A stretch of DNA of 64,000 nt from Anaerolineae bacterium (GTDB lineage Bacteria > Chloroflexota > Anaerolineae > B4-G1 > DUEL01), in the NCBI GenBank assembly GCA_041082215.1, contig JBDOIF010000008.1:6036-70035 (forward strand), read 5' to 3'. Shown here piece after piece: positions 1 through 8,554 of this stretch (position 1 is the first letter of the stretch; each line of letters begins with the position of its first letter). Made by a program: the position numbers and the translations under genes. The notes beneath the pieces are model-generated. The model saw only the letters and a program-made list of their open reading frames with translations. It searched no databases and was not told the DNA's origin.

Positions 1-2142
1 CTGCGCCGGCAGACCGGAGAGCTGGCCCGCTGGGCAATCAGCCAGGGCCTTGTCCTCCTCCTCCTGCTGCCCTGGATCGCCGCTGTCATCCTCAACCTGT
101 CGGCCGTGGTCGCCGATGCGGGGGTGGATGCCCCCTTCACCGAGCCGCTGCCGCTGGCCTACTTCCTTCGCCTCCTCTGGACCTTTCAATGGAGCGGTCT
201 GACGGCCGGGGTGGGCTACGCTCCTCTCCACGGAGCTGTCCTGACGCTGGCCCTGTTCCTGACGGCGGCCCTGCTGCTCCTCACGGCAGGCAGGGAGACC
301 CGCCGACCGGCCCTCTGGCTGCTGGCCGACTGGCTCGTCCCCCTCAGCGGTGCGATCCTGATGTGGCAGGCCAAGCCCCTCTCCCATCCCCGTTATGTCG
401 CCCTCTTCACCGTCGCTCTCCTGCTCCTGGCCGCGTACCTGCTCGACCGGCTGGCTGCCCGCCGCGCCACGATACCCCTGGCCGCCCTCCTGGCTCTCTC
501 ACTCCTGGTCACCTTCTCCTTCTCCCTCCGCGCCTGCTTCTTCGACCCCCGCTTCGCCAAGGACGACACCCGGGGCGCAGCAGCCGCCCTATCCGCCCAT
601 GCCGGTCCGGGCGACCTCATCCTGGTCCCACCCGAGGACTGGTCGGTCCCCTACTACTACGACGGCCCGGCACAGGTGGCGATGGTCTGGCCAGACCAGA
701 CCTGGGAGCGGCTGAGCGGGCTGACCCACGCCGTGCAGACCGTCTATCTGGTGGACTACTACCGGGGCTCGCGCGACCCGGCGGGGGTGCTCTCCTTCGC
801 CCTGGAGGCTGCCGGGAGTCTGGTTGACCGGTGGGGGTTCAAGGGGCTGTTCGTGCGGGTCTACCGGCTCGACCGGCCCGTGGAGATGCCGTCACCGGAG
901 CCGGCTGGCGCCCGCTTCGGGCCGCTCCAACTGACCGGGGCGTGGGTCGAGCAGGGGGCAGCGGCCGACACCGCCGTCGCCCTGGCCCTCCGCTGGCGAC
1001 CGGCAGAGCCGACCGGCGTTCCCCTCCGGGCCAGCCTCCGCCTGCGGGATGACGACGGCTGGACCTGGGCTGCCGCTGACGACTGGCTGCTGGACCCGCG
1101 CGGCGACCCCACCGACCGCTGGATGCCAGGCCAGGAGGTCACCACCTACCACCTTCTCCCCCTCCCACCTGGCACCCCGCCCCTCACCTATACCCTCACC
1201 CTCGGCATCTACCAGGTGGAAGGGGAGAGGGTCGAGCCGCTGGATCTGGTAGATGAAGCCGGCAACCCCCAGGGGCAATCCCTTGGCCTGGGGACCGTCG
1301 CTCTGTGGGCTTCCAGGGGGTTGGAGACCGACCCCTACGGGCTGGCGGATCGGGTCCCGCTGTGGGATGCACCCGTAGAGATGGCCGACGGCCTCCTGCT
1401 GGCAGGGGCGTCGCTGGACCGGGAGGTAGTCTCGCCGGGACAGCCCCTCTACGTTACCCTCCGGTGGCATGGATGGAATCCGTCGTGCCTGTGCACGGCC
1501 ACCCTTTCGCTCGTACAGGGGGATACGCCCCTTGTCACTGCCACAGACCCCATCGGCGGCCGCTACCCCGCCGACCGGTGGGCCGCCGGGCAGACGGTGG
1601 TCGAGCACCGGCGGCTGGTCATCCCTCCCACCGCCGCCGCCGGCCCTGCCGTGGTGGTTCTGGGGGTGGGGGATCGCCGCATCGAACTCGGCTCCGTGGC
1701 CGTCTCCGCCTCCGGGCACTGCTTCGAGCCGCCGCCGATAGGGTATGAGTTCCAGGTCCGTTTCGGCGACGTGGCGGAGCTGGTGGGGTATGATCTGGAT
1801 GCGGCTGAGATCGCCGCTGGCCAGCCGGTCACCCTCACCCTCTACTGGCGGGCGCTGGAGGGGGCCGGCCGGGCCGACTACACCGTCTTCACCCACATCC
1901 TGGCGGAAGACGGCCACCTGGTGGGCCAGCACGACGGCCCACCTGCGGAGGGAACCCGCCCCACCCGGGGCTGGGTGGTCGGGGAGATCGTCGTGGACCG
2001 GCACGTGATGGCCTTCCGTGAGCCATACACCGGCCCAGCCCGGATCGAGGTGGGGTTGTACGACGCCGTCACCCTGGAACGGGTAGCCACGGAGGGGGGG
2101 GAGACCTTCGCCCTGCTGCCAACCTTTCTCACAATCCGATGA
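1..2142 (+). CDS. polytopic membrane protein, GT-C/ArnT-like glycosyltransferase family (5' end off-window)
   Basis: Frame 1 is open from nt 1 (ORF track starts at M 106). Several hydrophobic helices, then a large soluble region. The last ~130 aa (YTVFTHILAEDGHLVGQHD...VGLYDAVTLERV) are paralogous to the C-terminus of the next gene. Confidence 0.5.
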   Translation: MRRQTGELARWAISQGLVLLLLLPWIAAVILNLSAVVADAGVDAPFTEPLPLAYFLRLLWTFQWSGLTAGVGYAPLHGAVLTLALFLTAALLLLTAGRETRRPALWLLADWLVPLSGAILMWQAKPLSHPRYVALFTVALLLLAAYLLDRLAARRATIPLAALLALSLLVTFSFSLRACFFDPRFAKDDTRGAAAALSAHAGPGDLILVPPEDWSVPYYYDGPAQVAMVWPDQTWERLSGLTHAVQTVYLVDYYRGSRDPAGVLSFALEAAGSLVDRWGFKGLFVRVYRLDRPVEMPSPEPAGARFGPLQLTGAWVEQGAAADTAVALALRWRPAEPTGVPLRASLRLRDDDGWTWAAADDWLLDPRGDPTDRWMPGQEVTTYHLLPLPPGTPPLTYTLTLGIYQVEGERVEPLDLVDEAGNPQGQSLGLGTVALWASRGLETDPYGLADRVPLWDAPVEMADGLLLAGASLDREVVSPGQPLYVTLRWHGWNPSCLCTATLSLVQGDTPLVTATDPIGGRYPADRWAAGQTVVEHRRLVIPPTAAAGPAVVVLGVGDRRIELGSVAVSASGHCFEPPPIGYEFQVRFGDVAELVGYDLDAAEIAAGQPVTLTLYWRALEGAGRADYTVFTHILAEDGHLVGQHDGPPAEGTRPTRGWVVGEIVVDRHVMAFREPYTGPARIEVGLYDAVTLERVATEGGETFALLPTFLTIR

Positions 2143-4724
2143 GCAGGCTGAGAGATCGGAGGTGGTTGCTCCTCACATTGGGGGTCCCGGCGGCCTACGG
2201 GCTGGCCGTCGGCCTGATGACCTTCCCGGCACCGCTCCATCTTACCGACCGGCTGATCGGCAACAACATTGATAACTGGATCTTCTACTGGAACAACTGG
2301 TGGCTGGGGCAGGCCCTCAGGGAGGGGCATAACTGGTTCTTCACCCCTTACCTGTTCCACCCTCAGGGTGCCTCACTCCTGGCCCATTCCATCTCCTTCC
2401 TGAATTCCCTCATCGCCCTGGCCCTCAAGCCAGCCGTAGGACCGGTGGCTGCTTACAATCTCAGTTTCCTTCTCGGCCTGTGGGTGGGCGGCATAGGGAT
2501 GTTCTGCCTGATGTACGAACTGACCCGCTCCCCCGCTGGATCTTTCCTTTCCGGCCTGGTGTTCACCTTTGCCCCCTACCACCTGACCCAGGTCCTGGCC
2601 CAGCTCCACCTGGGCTCCATCCAGTGGTGGCCCTTCTTTGCCCTCTTCCTCCACCGGGCCATGCGGCGAAGGAGCTGGAACGACGGAGCGTTCGCCGGAC
2701 TCTTCGCCGGGCTGACCCTCTGGTCTGGCCTGCAACTGGCCCTGCTGCTCCTTCTGTGGACGCCGTTGCGGCTGGGGTGGTATGCTCTCTTTGAATTCCG
2801 CCCCGATGGAGGGAAGAAAGGGTGGCTGAGGCTGGGCGGCGTCATTGGGGTCTGCATCATAGCAGCGGTTCTGGTCGGCCTTCCTCTGCTTCTGCCGCTG
2901 CTCAGGGGCTGGACGGAGATCACCGAAGCCACCCTCGCCTTCGACGAAAGCAGCACCAACCAGACCGACCTGCTGGCCTACCTGGTTCCGCCCACCTACC
3001 ATCCGCTTGTCGGCGCTCAGGTGAACGCCGTCTACGAGCTATTCGTTGCTAACCGCGCTATAATGCCCTACCTGGGCTATACCACGCTGGGGCTGGCGGC
3101 TATCGGCCTGATAGCACGATATTCGACCCTTAGGACGCGTGAGTCTCCTTCGCGTCCTGACGATAGGATATGGCGGCGGAGCGAACCCCTCTTCTGGGCC
3201 GCCACGGGTGTTATATGGCTTCTCCTCGCCGCCGGCTCCGTTCTCCGCGTCGGGGGCCGGCTGTATCCGGCGATCCCCTTGCCCTACCGGGTCATAGATG
3301 GGATCTTCCCCCTGTCCGCCATCCGAAACCCGGATCGGTTCAATCTGCTCGTCGTCTTCTCCTTTGCCGCTCTCCCCGGCCTGGGCGCGGCCTGGCTTGG
3401 CCGGCGCCGCCGCTGGATGCTCCCGCTGCTCCTGCTGCTGGTGATGCTGGAATACGTGCCGGTCCCCCTCCCCATGTGGGATCTGCCCGCGGTCTCTCCC
3501 TTCATCGCCCGTATGGCAGGCGATCCATCCTCCTATGCCGTGCTCGATTACCCGATGGACTACAGCCTGTCCAAGCTGTGGCTCTACGAACAGACCCTGC
3601 ACGGGAAACCGGTGATCCAGGGGCACGTCTCCCGCTACACCACGGAGACTTACGGCTTCATCATTTCCCACCCACTGCTGGCAATCCTGTACCGGGATGC
3701 GGAGAAGCCCCCCCGACTCCCTGCCATCCCAACCCCTTCCGAACCCTTTGAGCCAGCCCTGGGGCCCGCCCTCCGCTCGCTGGAGGCGGAGGGGGTGCGG
3801 TATATCCTTGTGCATGAGCCGTGGATGGACGACGATCACCGGACCCGCTTCCATCGCGTGGTCCCGCTTGTGCCCACTTATAAAGACGAACTGCTCTCCG
3901 TCTACGACCTCCGACATCCTCTCCCCCTTCTTTACGATGATTTCCCGACCCCTCTGAGCACCACGGCTGCTCTGGCTCGCCTCGAGGTGAAGCCGGAGAC
4001 AGAGGGGGGATGGCGTGTGCAGGTGGTGGCGCTTGCCCTGGCCGCCGATCCGCCGTCACTTTCTTGCCGCGTTGCTCTGGAGGGAGAAGGGAGGGCCGTG
4101 GAGGAGAGGACGGTCGAGCTTTTCGGTCCGGCGGCCCCGTCCCTGGTGGAAGGAGACCTCTGGCTGGCGGAGGCGACCTTTTCCTCGCCTCCTGACCTCC
4201 CGGCGGGGGCCTACCGGTGGGTTCTGGAGTGTGCAAGTGGAGGCCGGTACGTCTCCCCCGACAGTCTGATGGTGAGCGAAGATGGCAGCAGGCAGCTCCT
4301 CCGCCGCCGGCTGGACCTGCGGTACGGGGGATTGATCCGCCTGGGGGGATATCGCTGGTGGGTGGAGGGAGCCGATCTGCACCTGGAGCTGGAGTGGGAG
4401 GCGCTGGCCGATCTGGATACGGACTACAAGGTCTTCGTCCATCTTCTGGATCGCACCGGGGAGCTGCTCTGTCAGCACGACGCGATGCCCTGCGATTGGG
4501 GATGCCCGACCGCAGGGTGGCAGGCAGGGCAGATCATACAGGACGAGGCGGTCCTATCCCTCTGGGGTCTCCCGCCGGGCAGGTACCGGCTGGCCGTAGG
4601 GCTGTACGATGCGGCAACGGGGGAGCGGCTGGATGTCCGCGAAGGGGAGGGAGCCGAGATCCCGAACGGCTACCCGTTCCTGCCGGAGCCCTTTACCATT
4701 CGGTCGCTTGCCGGTGAACCGTGA
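2139..4724 (+). CDS. large polytopic membrane protein, GT-C-fold glycosyltransferase-like
   Basis: 861-aa ORF whose ATGA overlaps the previous stop. About 12 predicted TM helices in the first ~450 aa. C-terminal domain (YKVFVHLLDRTGELLCQHD...YRLAVGLYDAATGERL) is shared with the upstream gene. Confidence 0.5.
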   Translation: MSRLRDRRWLLLTLGVPAAYGLAVGLMTFPAPLHLTDRLIGNNIDNWIFYWNNWWLGQALREGHNWFFTPYLFHPQGASLLAHSISFLNSLIALALKPAVGPVAAYNLSFLLGLWVGGIGMFCLMYELTRSPAGSFLSGLVFTFAPYHLTQVLAQLHLGSIQWWPFFALFLHRAMRRRSWNDGAFAGLFAGLTLWSGLQLALLLLLWTPLRLGWYALFEFRPDGGKKGWLRLGGVIGVCIIAAVLVGLPLLLPLLRGWTEITEATLAFDESSTNQTDLLAYLVPPTYHPLVGAQVNAVYELFVANRAIMPYLGYTTLGLAAIGLIARYSTLRTRESPSRPDDRIWRRSEPLFWAATGVIWLLLAAGSVLRVGGRLYPAIPLPYRVIDGIFPLSAIRNPDRFNLLVVFSFAALPGLGAAWLGRRRRWMLPLLLLLVMLEYVPVPLPMWDLPAVSPFIARMAGDPSSYAVLDYPMDYSLSKLWLYEQTLHGKPVIQGHVSRYTTETYGFIISHPLLAILYRDAEKPPRLPAIPTPSEPFEPALGPALRSLEAEGVRYILVHEPWMDDDHRTRFHRVVPLVPTYKDELLSVYDLRHPLPLLYDDFPTPLSTTAALARLEVKPETEGGWRVQVVALALAADPPSLSCRVALEGEGRAVEERTVELFGPAAPSLVEGDLWLAEATFSSPPDLPAGAYRWVLECASGGRYVSPDSLMVSEDGSRQLLRRRLDLRYGGLIRLGGYRWWVEGADLHLELEWEALADLDTDYKVFVHLLDRTGELLCQHDAMPCDWGCPTAGWQAGQIIQDEAVLSLWGLPPGRYRLAVGLYDAATGERLDVREGEGAEIPNGYPFLPEPFTIRSLAGEP

Positions 4725-4730
4725 ATTGAA

Positions 4731-4804
4731 CCACAGAGGGCACGGAGAGGATCTGAAGGCAGGGGAAACCATCTGAACTCTGTGCCCTTTGTGTCTCTGA
4801 GGTG
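4731..4804. repeat. imperfect hairpin repeat, CCACAGAGG-CAC...CTCTGTGCC family (copy A)
   Basis: GGGCACGGAG pairs with CTCTGTGCCC. Related copies at 18099-18173 and 52151-52220. Sits between a stop codon and the next start. Confidence 0.6.
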
Positions 4805-4824
4805 AGCATTTCAGGAGGTGCAGG

Positions 4825-5802
4825 ATGCAGACGACGCGGTGTCCACGGGTGTTCATCGCCCATCTGCCCACCCCTCTGGAGCCGCTGCCCCGCCTGACAG
4901 CGGAGCTGGGCGGGCCCCAACTGTGGGTCAAACGGGATGACCAGACGGGGCTGGCGACGGGGGGGAACAAGACGCGCAAGCTGGAGTTTCTGGTGGCCCA
5001 GGCGCTGGCCCAGGGGGCGGATACCCTCATCACCTGCGGGGCGGCCCAATCCAACCACGCCCGACAGACGGCGGCGGCGGCGGCGAAGTTCGGCCTGTCC
5101 TGCACGCTGGTCCTCCGTGGCCAGGAGCCGCCCCAGCCGCAGGGGAACCTGCTGCTGGATCGGTGGCTGGGGGCGGAGGTGGTGTGGGCAGGAGATGCGC
5201 CGCTGATGGAGCAACTGGAGGAGGTGGCGGAGGGGCTGCGGGGCGCAGGCCGACATCCCTACGTGGTCCCCTACGGAGGGAGCAACCCGGTCGGTGCCAC
5301 TGGCTACGTGGCGGCGATGGAGGAGCTGCTGGCCCAGTGCGCCCGGGAAGGGCTCCACTTCGACCACATCGTGCTGGCCTCCTCCAGCGGCGGCACCCAG
5401 GCCGGGCTGGTGGTGGGGGCGCGGGCGCGGGGGTACACAGGCCGCATCCTGGGCATCAGCGTGGACCCGCAGGCCGACGCTCTGAAGCGCACGCTGGCTG
5501 GCCTGGCGACGGCCACAGCGGAGCACCTGGGGCTCCGGCTCAGCTTTGCCCCGGAGGACTTCGACGTGAACGACCGCTACCTGGGCGGCGGGTACGGCGT
5601 CGTCGGCGAACTGGAGCGGGAGGCGATCCGGCTGGCAGCCCGCACCGAGGGGCTTCTACTCGACCCCGTCTACACCGGCCGGGCCTTCGGCGGCCTGCTG
5701 GACCTGATCCGGCAGGGTGCGTTCTCCCCTGAGGAGCGGGTCCTCTTCTGGCATACCGGAGGGACCGCTGGCCTCTTCGCCCGACCAGACCTGATGGGAT
5801 AG
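4825..5802 (+). CDS. PLP-dependent D-cysteine desulfhydrase / ACC deaminase family protein
   Basis: 325 aa. Contains the family motif GGNKTRKLEFL and is colinear with the family over its full length. Confidence 0.85.
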   Translation: MQTTRCPRVFIAHLPTPLEPLPRLTAELGGPQLWVKRDDQTGLATGGNKTRKLEFLVAQALAQGADTLITCGAAQSNHARQTAAAAAKFGLSCTLVLRGQEPPQPQGNLLLDRWLGAEVVWAGDAPLMEQLEEVAEGLRGAGRHPYVVPYGGSNPVGATGYVAAMEELLAQCAREGLHFDHIVLASSSGGTQAGLVVGARARGYTGRILGISVDPQADALKRTLAGLATATAEHLGLRLSFAPEDFDVNDRYLGGGYGVVGELEREAIRLAARTEGLLLDPVYTGRAFGGLLDLIRQGAFSPEERVLFWHTGGTAGLFARPDLMG

Positions 5803-5924
5803 CAGAACAAGCACGACCGAAATAGCCCCGATTTTAAACTGATACTTGCGCCTGCACTGGAAGTATGCTATTCTGAAACCGACAGCCGAACGTTGAACCG
5901 CCCCAAACAGAGGGAGGCAAGGGC

Positions 5925-7076
5925 ATGGCCGAGTGCATTGTCTGCCAGGGAGAGTACACACCTGGTCAATTGTGCAGGCGCTGCGGCTCAGATAACCGCC
6001 CTTGGGAAGCCTGGCAGAATAGAGAACAGGGGGGGCTCGCGGGGATGCTGGCCTTCGCCGCCCCCCATTTTTATTTGCCCATTCTCGTCATCCTCCTCTC
6101 TCTTTTCTTCGGCCTGATCGGCCTGATCGGCTTCTGGAGCGGAATTCGGCCCGGCATGCGGCTTCTTGCCCTGCTGGTAGCAGTCGGCGGATGTATAGTC
6201 GTCTTTCAGGACGTCTACAGCCACCGTCGCGCCATCCGCCTGCAGAGGCTGCTGGACCGGGTAAGGAGGGGATGGGGAGTAAAGATAATGAACGCCAAGC
6301 TCTGGGCGATCATCCTCCCCGCCCTTGTTCTGCTCTCCACCTGCCCGTTGACCTACATTTTAGTTTCCTCGGATGTTCTATGGGATCTGACCCGCTGGCT
6401 CGTCTTCGAGCCGGGCTACGGTGGGCAAGTGGAGGGAGGGCTGCGCGAGCGGATACTGGAAGCGCTCCCCTTCCTGATGATGTTTGCCCATGTCGGCCTC
6501 ACGATCTCGTTTACCTATGCCTCCTCCGTTATGCTGGCCCTGCACCACGCCCAAGAGATGGATCGGGAACTGCCGCTGCCCATCTTCCTCAGGGGGGACC
6601 TCCTGGCCGAGGTGGTCCGGCGGGAGGTGGAAAGCCAGCTGGCCCGTCCGGGCGGCTATGTCATCCACACCTCGCGGGAAAAGGAAAGGTGGCTGGCCGA
6701 GGGGCAATATAAGGTCCCTGAACCCTCTAACGGAGCAGCCCTTGCTCCCCTTTATTTGCCCCCAGTCCCCGGCCCTTCCGACCAGCCTGTGCTCCCCTTG
6801 ATCCCGCCGGGGTTGCACAGCAGCAGCCGCTGGCGGGAGACGGTGGAGCGCTTCGGCCGCTGGAACTGGGAGGAGGTGGAACGGACGCCGGACGGCGGGA
6901 TCTCGATGAAAGCCCGGGGGGAGTATCAGGTGAAGAAGGGAGAGACCGAGGCCGGCTTTTCTAAAGAAAGTTCAGTGGCGGTGATTTACACTGTAAAGGC
7001 CGACCCGTGGGGCCGGATTCAGAAGATCAGCCGGAGCACGGAGGAGCAATCGAAGGATAAGGATAAGGATAAGTAG
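5925..7076 (+). CDS. hypothetical membrane protein with N-terminal zinc ribbon
   Basis: CIVCQG...CRRCG at the N-terminus, 4-5 hydrophobic helices, then a soluble C-terminal domain. The tail KDKDKDK is encoded by a GGATAA hexamer repeat (7053-7073). Confidence 0.5.
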   Translation: MAECIVCQGEYTPGQLCRRCGSDNRPWEAWQNREQGGLAGMLAFAAPHFYLPILVILLSLFFGLIGLIGFWSGIRPGMRLLALLVAVGGCIVVFQDVYSHRRAIRLQRLLDRVRRGWGVKIMNAKLWAIILPALVLLSTCPLTYILVSSDVLWDLTRWLVFEPGYGGQVEGGLRERILEALPFLMMFAHVGLTISFTYASSVMLALHHAQEMDRELPLPIFLRGDLLAEVVRREVESQLARPGGYVIHTSREKERWLAEGQYKVPEPSNGAALAPLYLPPVPGPSDQPVLPLIPPGLHSSSRWRETVERFGRWNWEEVERTPDGGISMKARGEYQVKKGETEAGFSKESSVAVIYTVKADPWGRIQKISRSTEEQSKDKDKDK

Positions 7077-7090
7077 TTGGGCCAGGCCAT

Positions 7091-7109
7091 CCCCAGGCTA
7101 AAATACACC
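7091..7109 (+). repeat. solo relic of the right end of the ~190-bp palindromic element
   Basis: CCCCAGGCTAAAATACACC versus the element end CCCCCAGGCTGAAATACACC. Lies 12 nt upstream of a -35 box. Confidence 0.35.
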
Positions 7110-7121
7110 CCGTACATATTT

Positions 7122-7150
7122 TTGCCCGTCTTCCCAACTGATGGTATAAT
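7122..7150 (+). promoter_or_regulatory. sigma70-like promoter TTGCCC-17-TATAAT
   Basis: Hexamers and 17-nt spacer read directly. Upstream of the LysM/M23 gene. Confidence 0.45.
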
Positions 7151-7165
7151 TATTTCAGAGCCTGT

Positions 7166-7237
7166 CCGAAAACAGTCGCCGGACAGCCTGGAAAGGCTAT
7201 CCGGGCAGGCTTTCCAGCCTGCCCCACGGCTTTTCGG
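7166..7237 (+). other. nested hairpins in the 5' leader (outer stem CCGAAAA/TTTTCGG enclosing two 9-bp hairpins)
   Basis: GGACAGCCT-GGAA-AGGCTATCC (7181-7202) and GGGCAGGCT-TTCC-AGCCTGCCC (7203-7224). The same hairpin motif recurs at 33778-33799. Confidence 0.4.
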
Positions 7238-7330
7238 ATAGACTCTTGGCAGGATTACGCGGCTTCGTTCGTCCTTATCGCCACAAACGCGTAACCCCTG
7301 CCCAAGTCGGTAGCCCCGACCAAGGAGCAT

Positions 7331-8497
7331 ATGTTCGAAAATCAATCGTGGGAGCGGGCAGGGACCATCCGCCTGGATGGCATGTCTCGTGTGTTTTCCC
7401 GTCTCTTTGTACGGGCCAGCACTTTCTTCTGGCGCGCTGGCGTGGACTGGCGGACCCGGCGGCCGGTGTTGACGCGGATGACCGCCCATTTCAGCGTACT
7501 GCTGCTGGCCCTGCTGGGGCTGGTTCTGGGCCGCATCCAGCCCCCCACTCAGGCCCTTGGCGGCCCTTCCTACGACGTTCCCGCCCTCTCCTCCCCCCCG
7601 CTTACAGCCGAGGACCAGGGCCGGCCGTGGCGGCCTGCGCCGCAGTTGGTGCTGAACCGGCTGGCGCTCCCCCAAACCCTCATCCCTGAACGGCCCCGCA
7701 GCACGGTGATCACCTACACTGTACAGCCGGGGGATACCATCTACGGCATCGCCCAGAAATTCGGCCTCACTCCCGACACCATCTACTGGGCCAACTCCGA
7801 CATCCTCCACGATAACCCCCATCTCCTCTGGCCGGATATGGTGCTCAACATCCTGCCTGTAAACGGGGTGTACCATACCGTCTCCGCAGGAGAGACGGTC
7901 GCCTCCATCGCCGACAAGTACGACGTTGACCCCTCGGCGCTCTACAACGAATGGAACAACCTGAAGGAAGGGGAACCCCTCCAGGCTGGGATGCAACTGG
8001 TCGTCCCCGGTGGGACGCGGGAGTACGTGCCCTGGCAACTGCCACGGTACAGCGACCTCCACGGCGCAGCGGCGGCAGGATCCGGGGTCTGTGCCCTGCC
8101 GTCGGTGGGCCTCACCGGCCGGGGCTGGTTTGCCTGGCCCACCGATAGCCGGCGGATCTCCGGCTGGACCTTCCACGATCCGCGCAACCCACCCCACGGC
8201 GGGATAGACATCGGCCTCCGCACCGGCGATCCGATCTACTCCGCCGACAACGGGGTGGTGGCCTACGCCGGCTGGAACGATTGGGGATATGGCTACCTGA
8301 TCGTCCTCGACCACGGCAACGGCTACCAGACCTACTACGCCCACCTGAGCGCCATCTGGGTCGTGTGTGGCCAATCGGTCCAATGGGGCACGCCAATCGG
8401 CGCTGGCGGTTCAACGGGACGCTCCAGCGGTCCCCATCTCCACTTCGAGATCCGTTACCAGGGAATACCGCAGGACCCCCTTTATTACCTGCCCTAG
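7331..8497 (+). CDS. LysM-domain M23 family metallopeptidase
   Basis: Two LysM repeats (YTVQPGDTIYGIAQKFG..., HTVSAGETVASIADKYD...). M23 motifs HGGIDI and GPHLHFE. The true start may be an internal Met (TM segment at MTAHFSVLLLALLGL). Confidence 0.85.
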   Translation: MFENQSWERAGTIRLDGMSRVFSRLFVRASTFFWRAGVDWRTRRPVLTRMTAHFSVLLLALLGLVLGRIQPPTQALGGPSYDVPALSSPPLTAEDQGRPWRPAPQLVLNRLALPQTLIPERPRSTVITYTVQPGDTIYGIAQKFGLTPDTIYWANSDILHDNPHLLWPDMVLNILPVNGVYHTVSAGETVASIADKYDVDPSALYNEWNNLKEGEPLQAGMQLVVPGGTREYVPWQLPRYSDLHGAAAAGSGVCALPSVGLTGRGWFAWPTDSRRISGWTFHDPRNPPHGGIDIGLRTGDPIYSADNGVVAYAGWNDWGYGYLIVLDHGNGYQTYYAHLSAIWVVCGQSVQWGTPIGAGGSTGRSSGPHLHFEIRYQGIPQDPLYYLP

Positions 8498-8554
8498 AAG
8501 CAGTCAAAAGCCCCGGAAGGGGGTGGTCGGAAGGCACAGTTTGGGTTACAGGGT

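Noticed and set aside
892-2004. Long antisense or off-frame ORFs throughout the window (e.g. 892-2004 -, 7019-8383 -, 11222-12655 -, 41168-42766 -, 42998-44902 -, 45266-47332 -, 48523-50136 -, 58117-60396 -, 28538-29800 +)
   Set aside because: These are typical stop-codon-poor shadow frames of GC-rich DNA. The translations are R/G/P/H-rich low complexity, carry no recognisable motifs, and fully overlap genes with strong family signatures on the other frame or strand.
7053-7073. GGATAA hexamer repeat (KDKDKDK tail) as a phase-variation tract
   Set aside because: The unit length is a multiple of 3, so slippage only changes tail length. There are only 3 units, so it is probably a trivial low-complexity C-terminus.
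7151-7330. c-di-AMP (ydaO-type) riboswitch upstream of the LysM/M23 cell-wall hydrolase
   Set aside because: The context is suggestive, but I could not find the conserved ydaO core elements as I remember them (ACGGGGA.., GGGUGAAUC, CCGA..AGCC pseudo-symmetric halves). The hairpins belong to a dispersed repeat instead.
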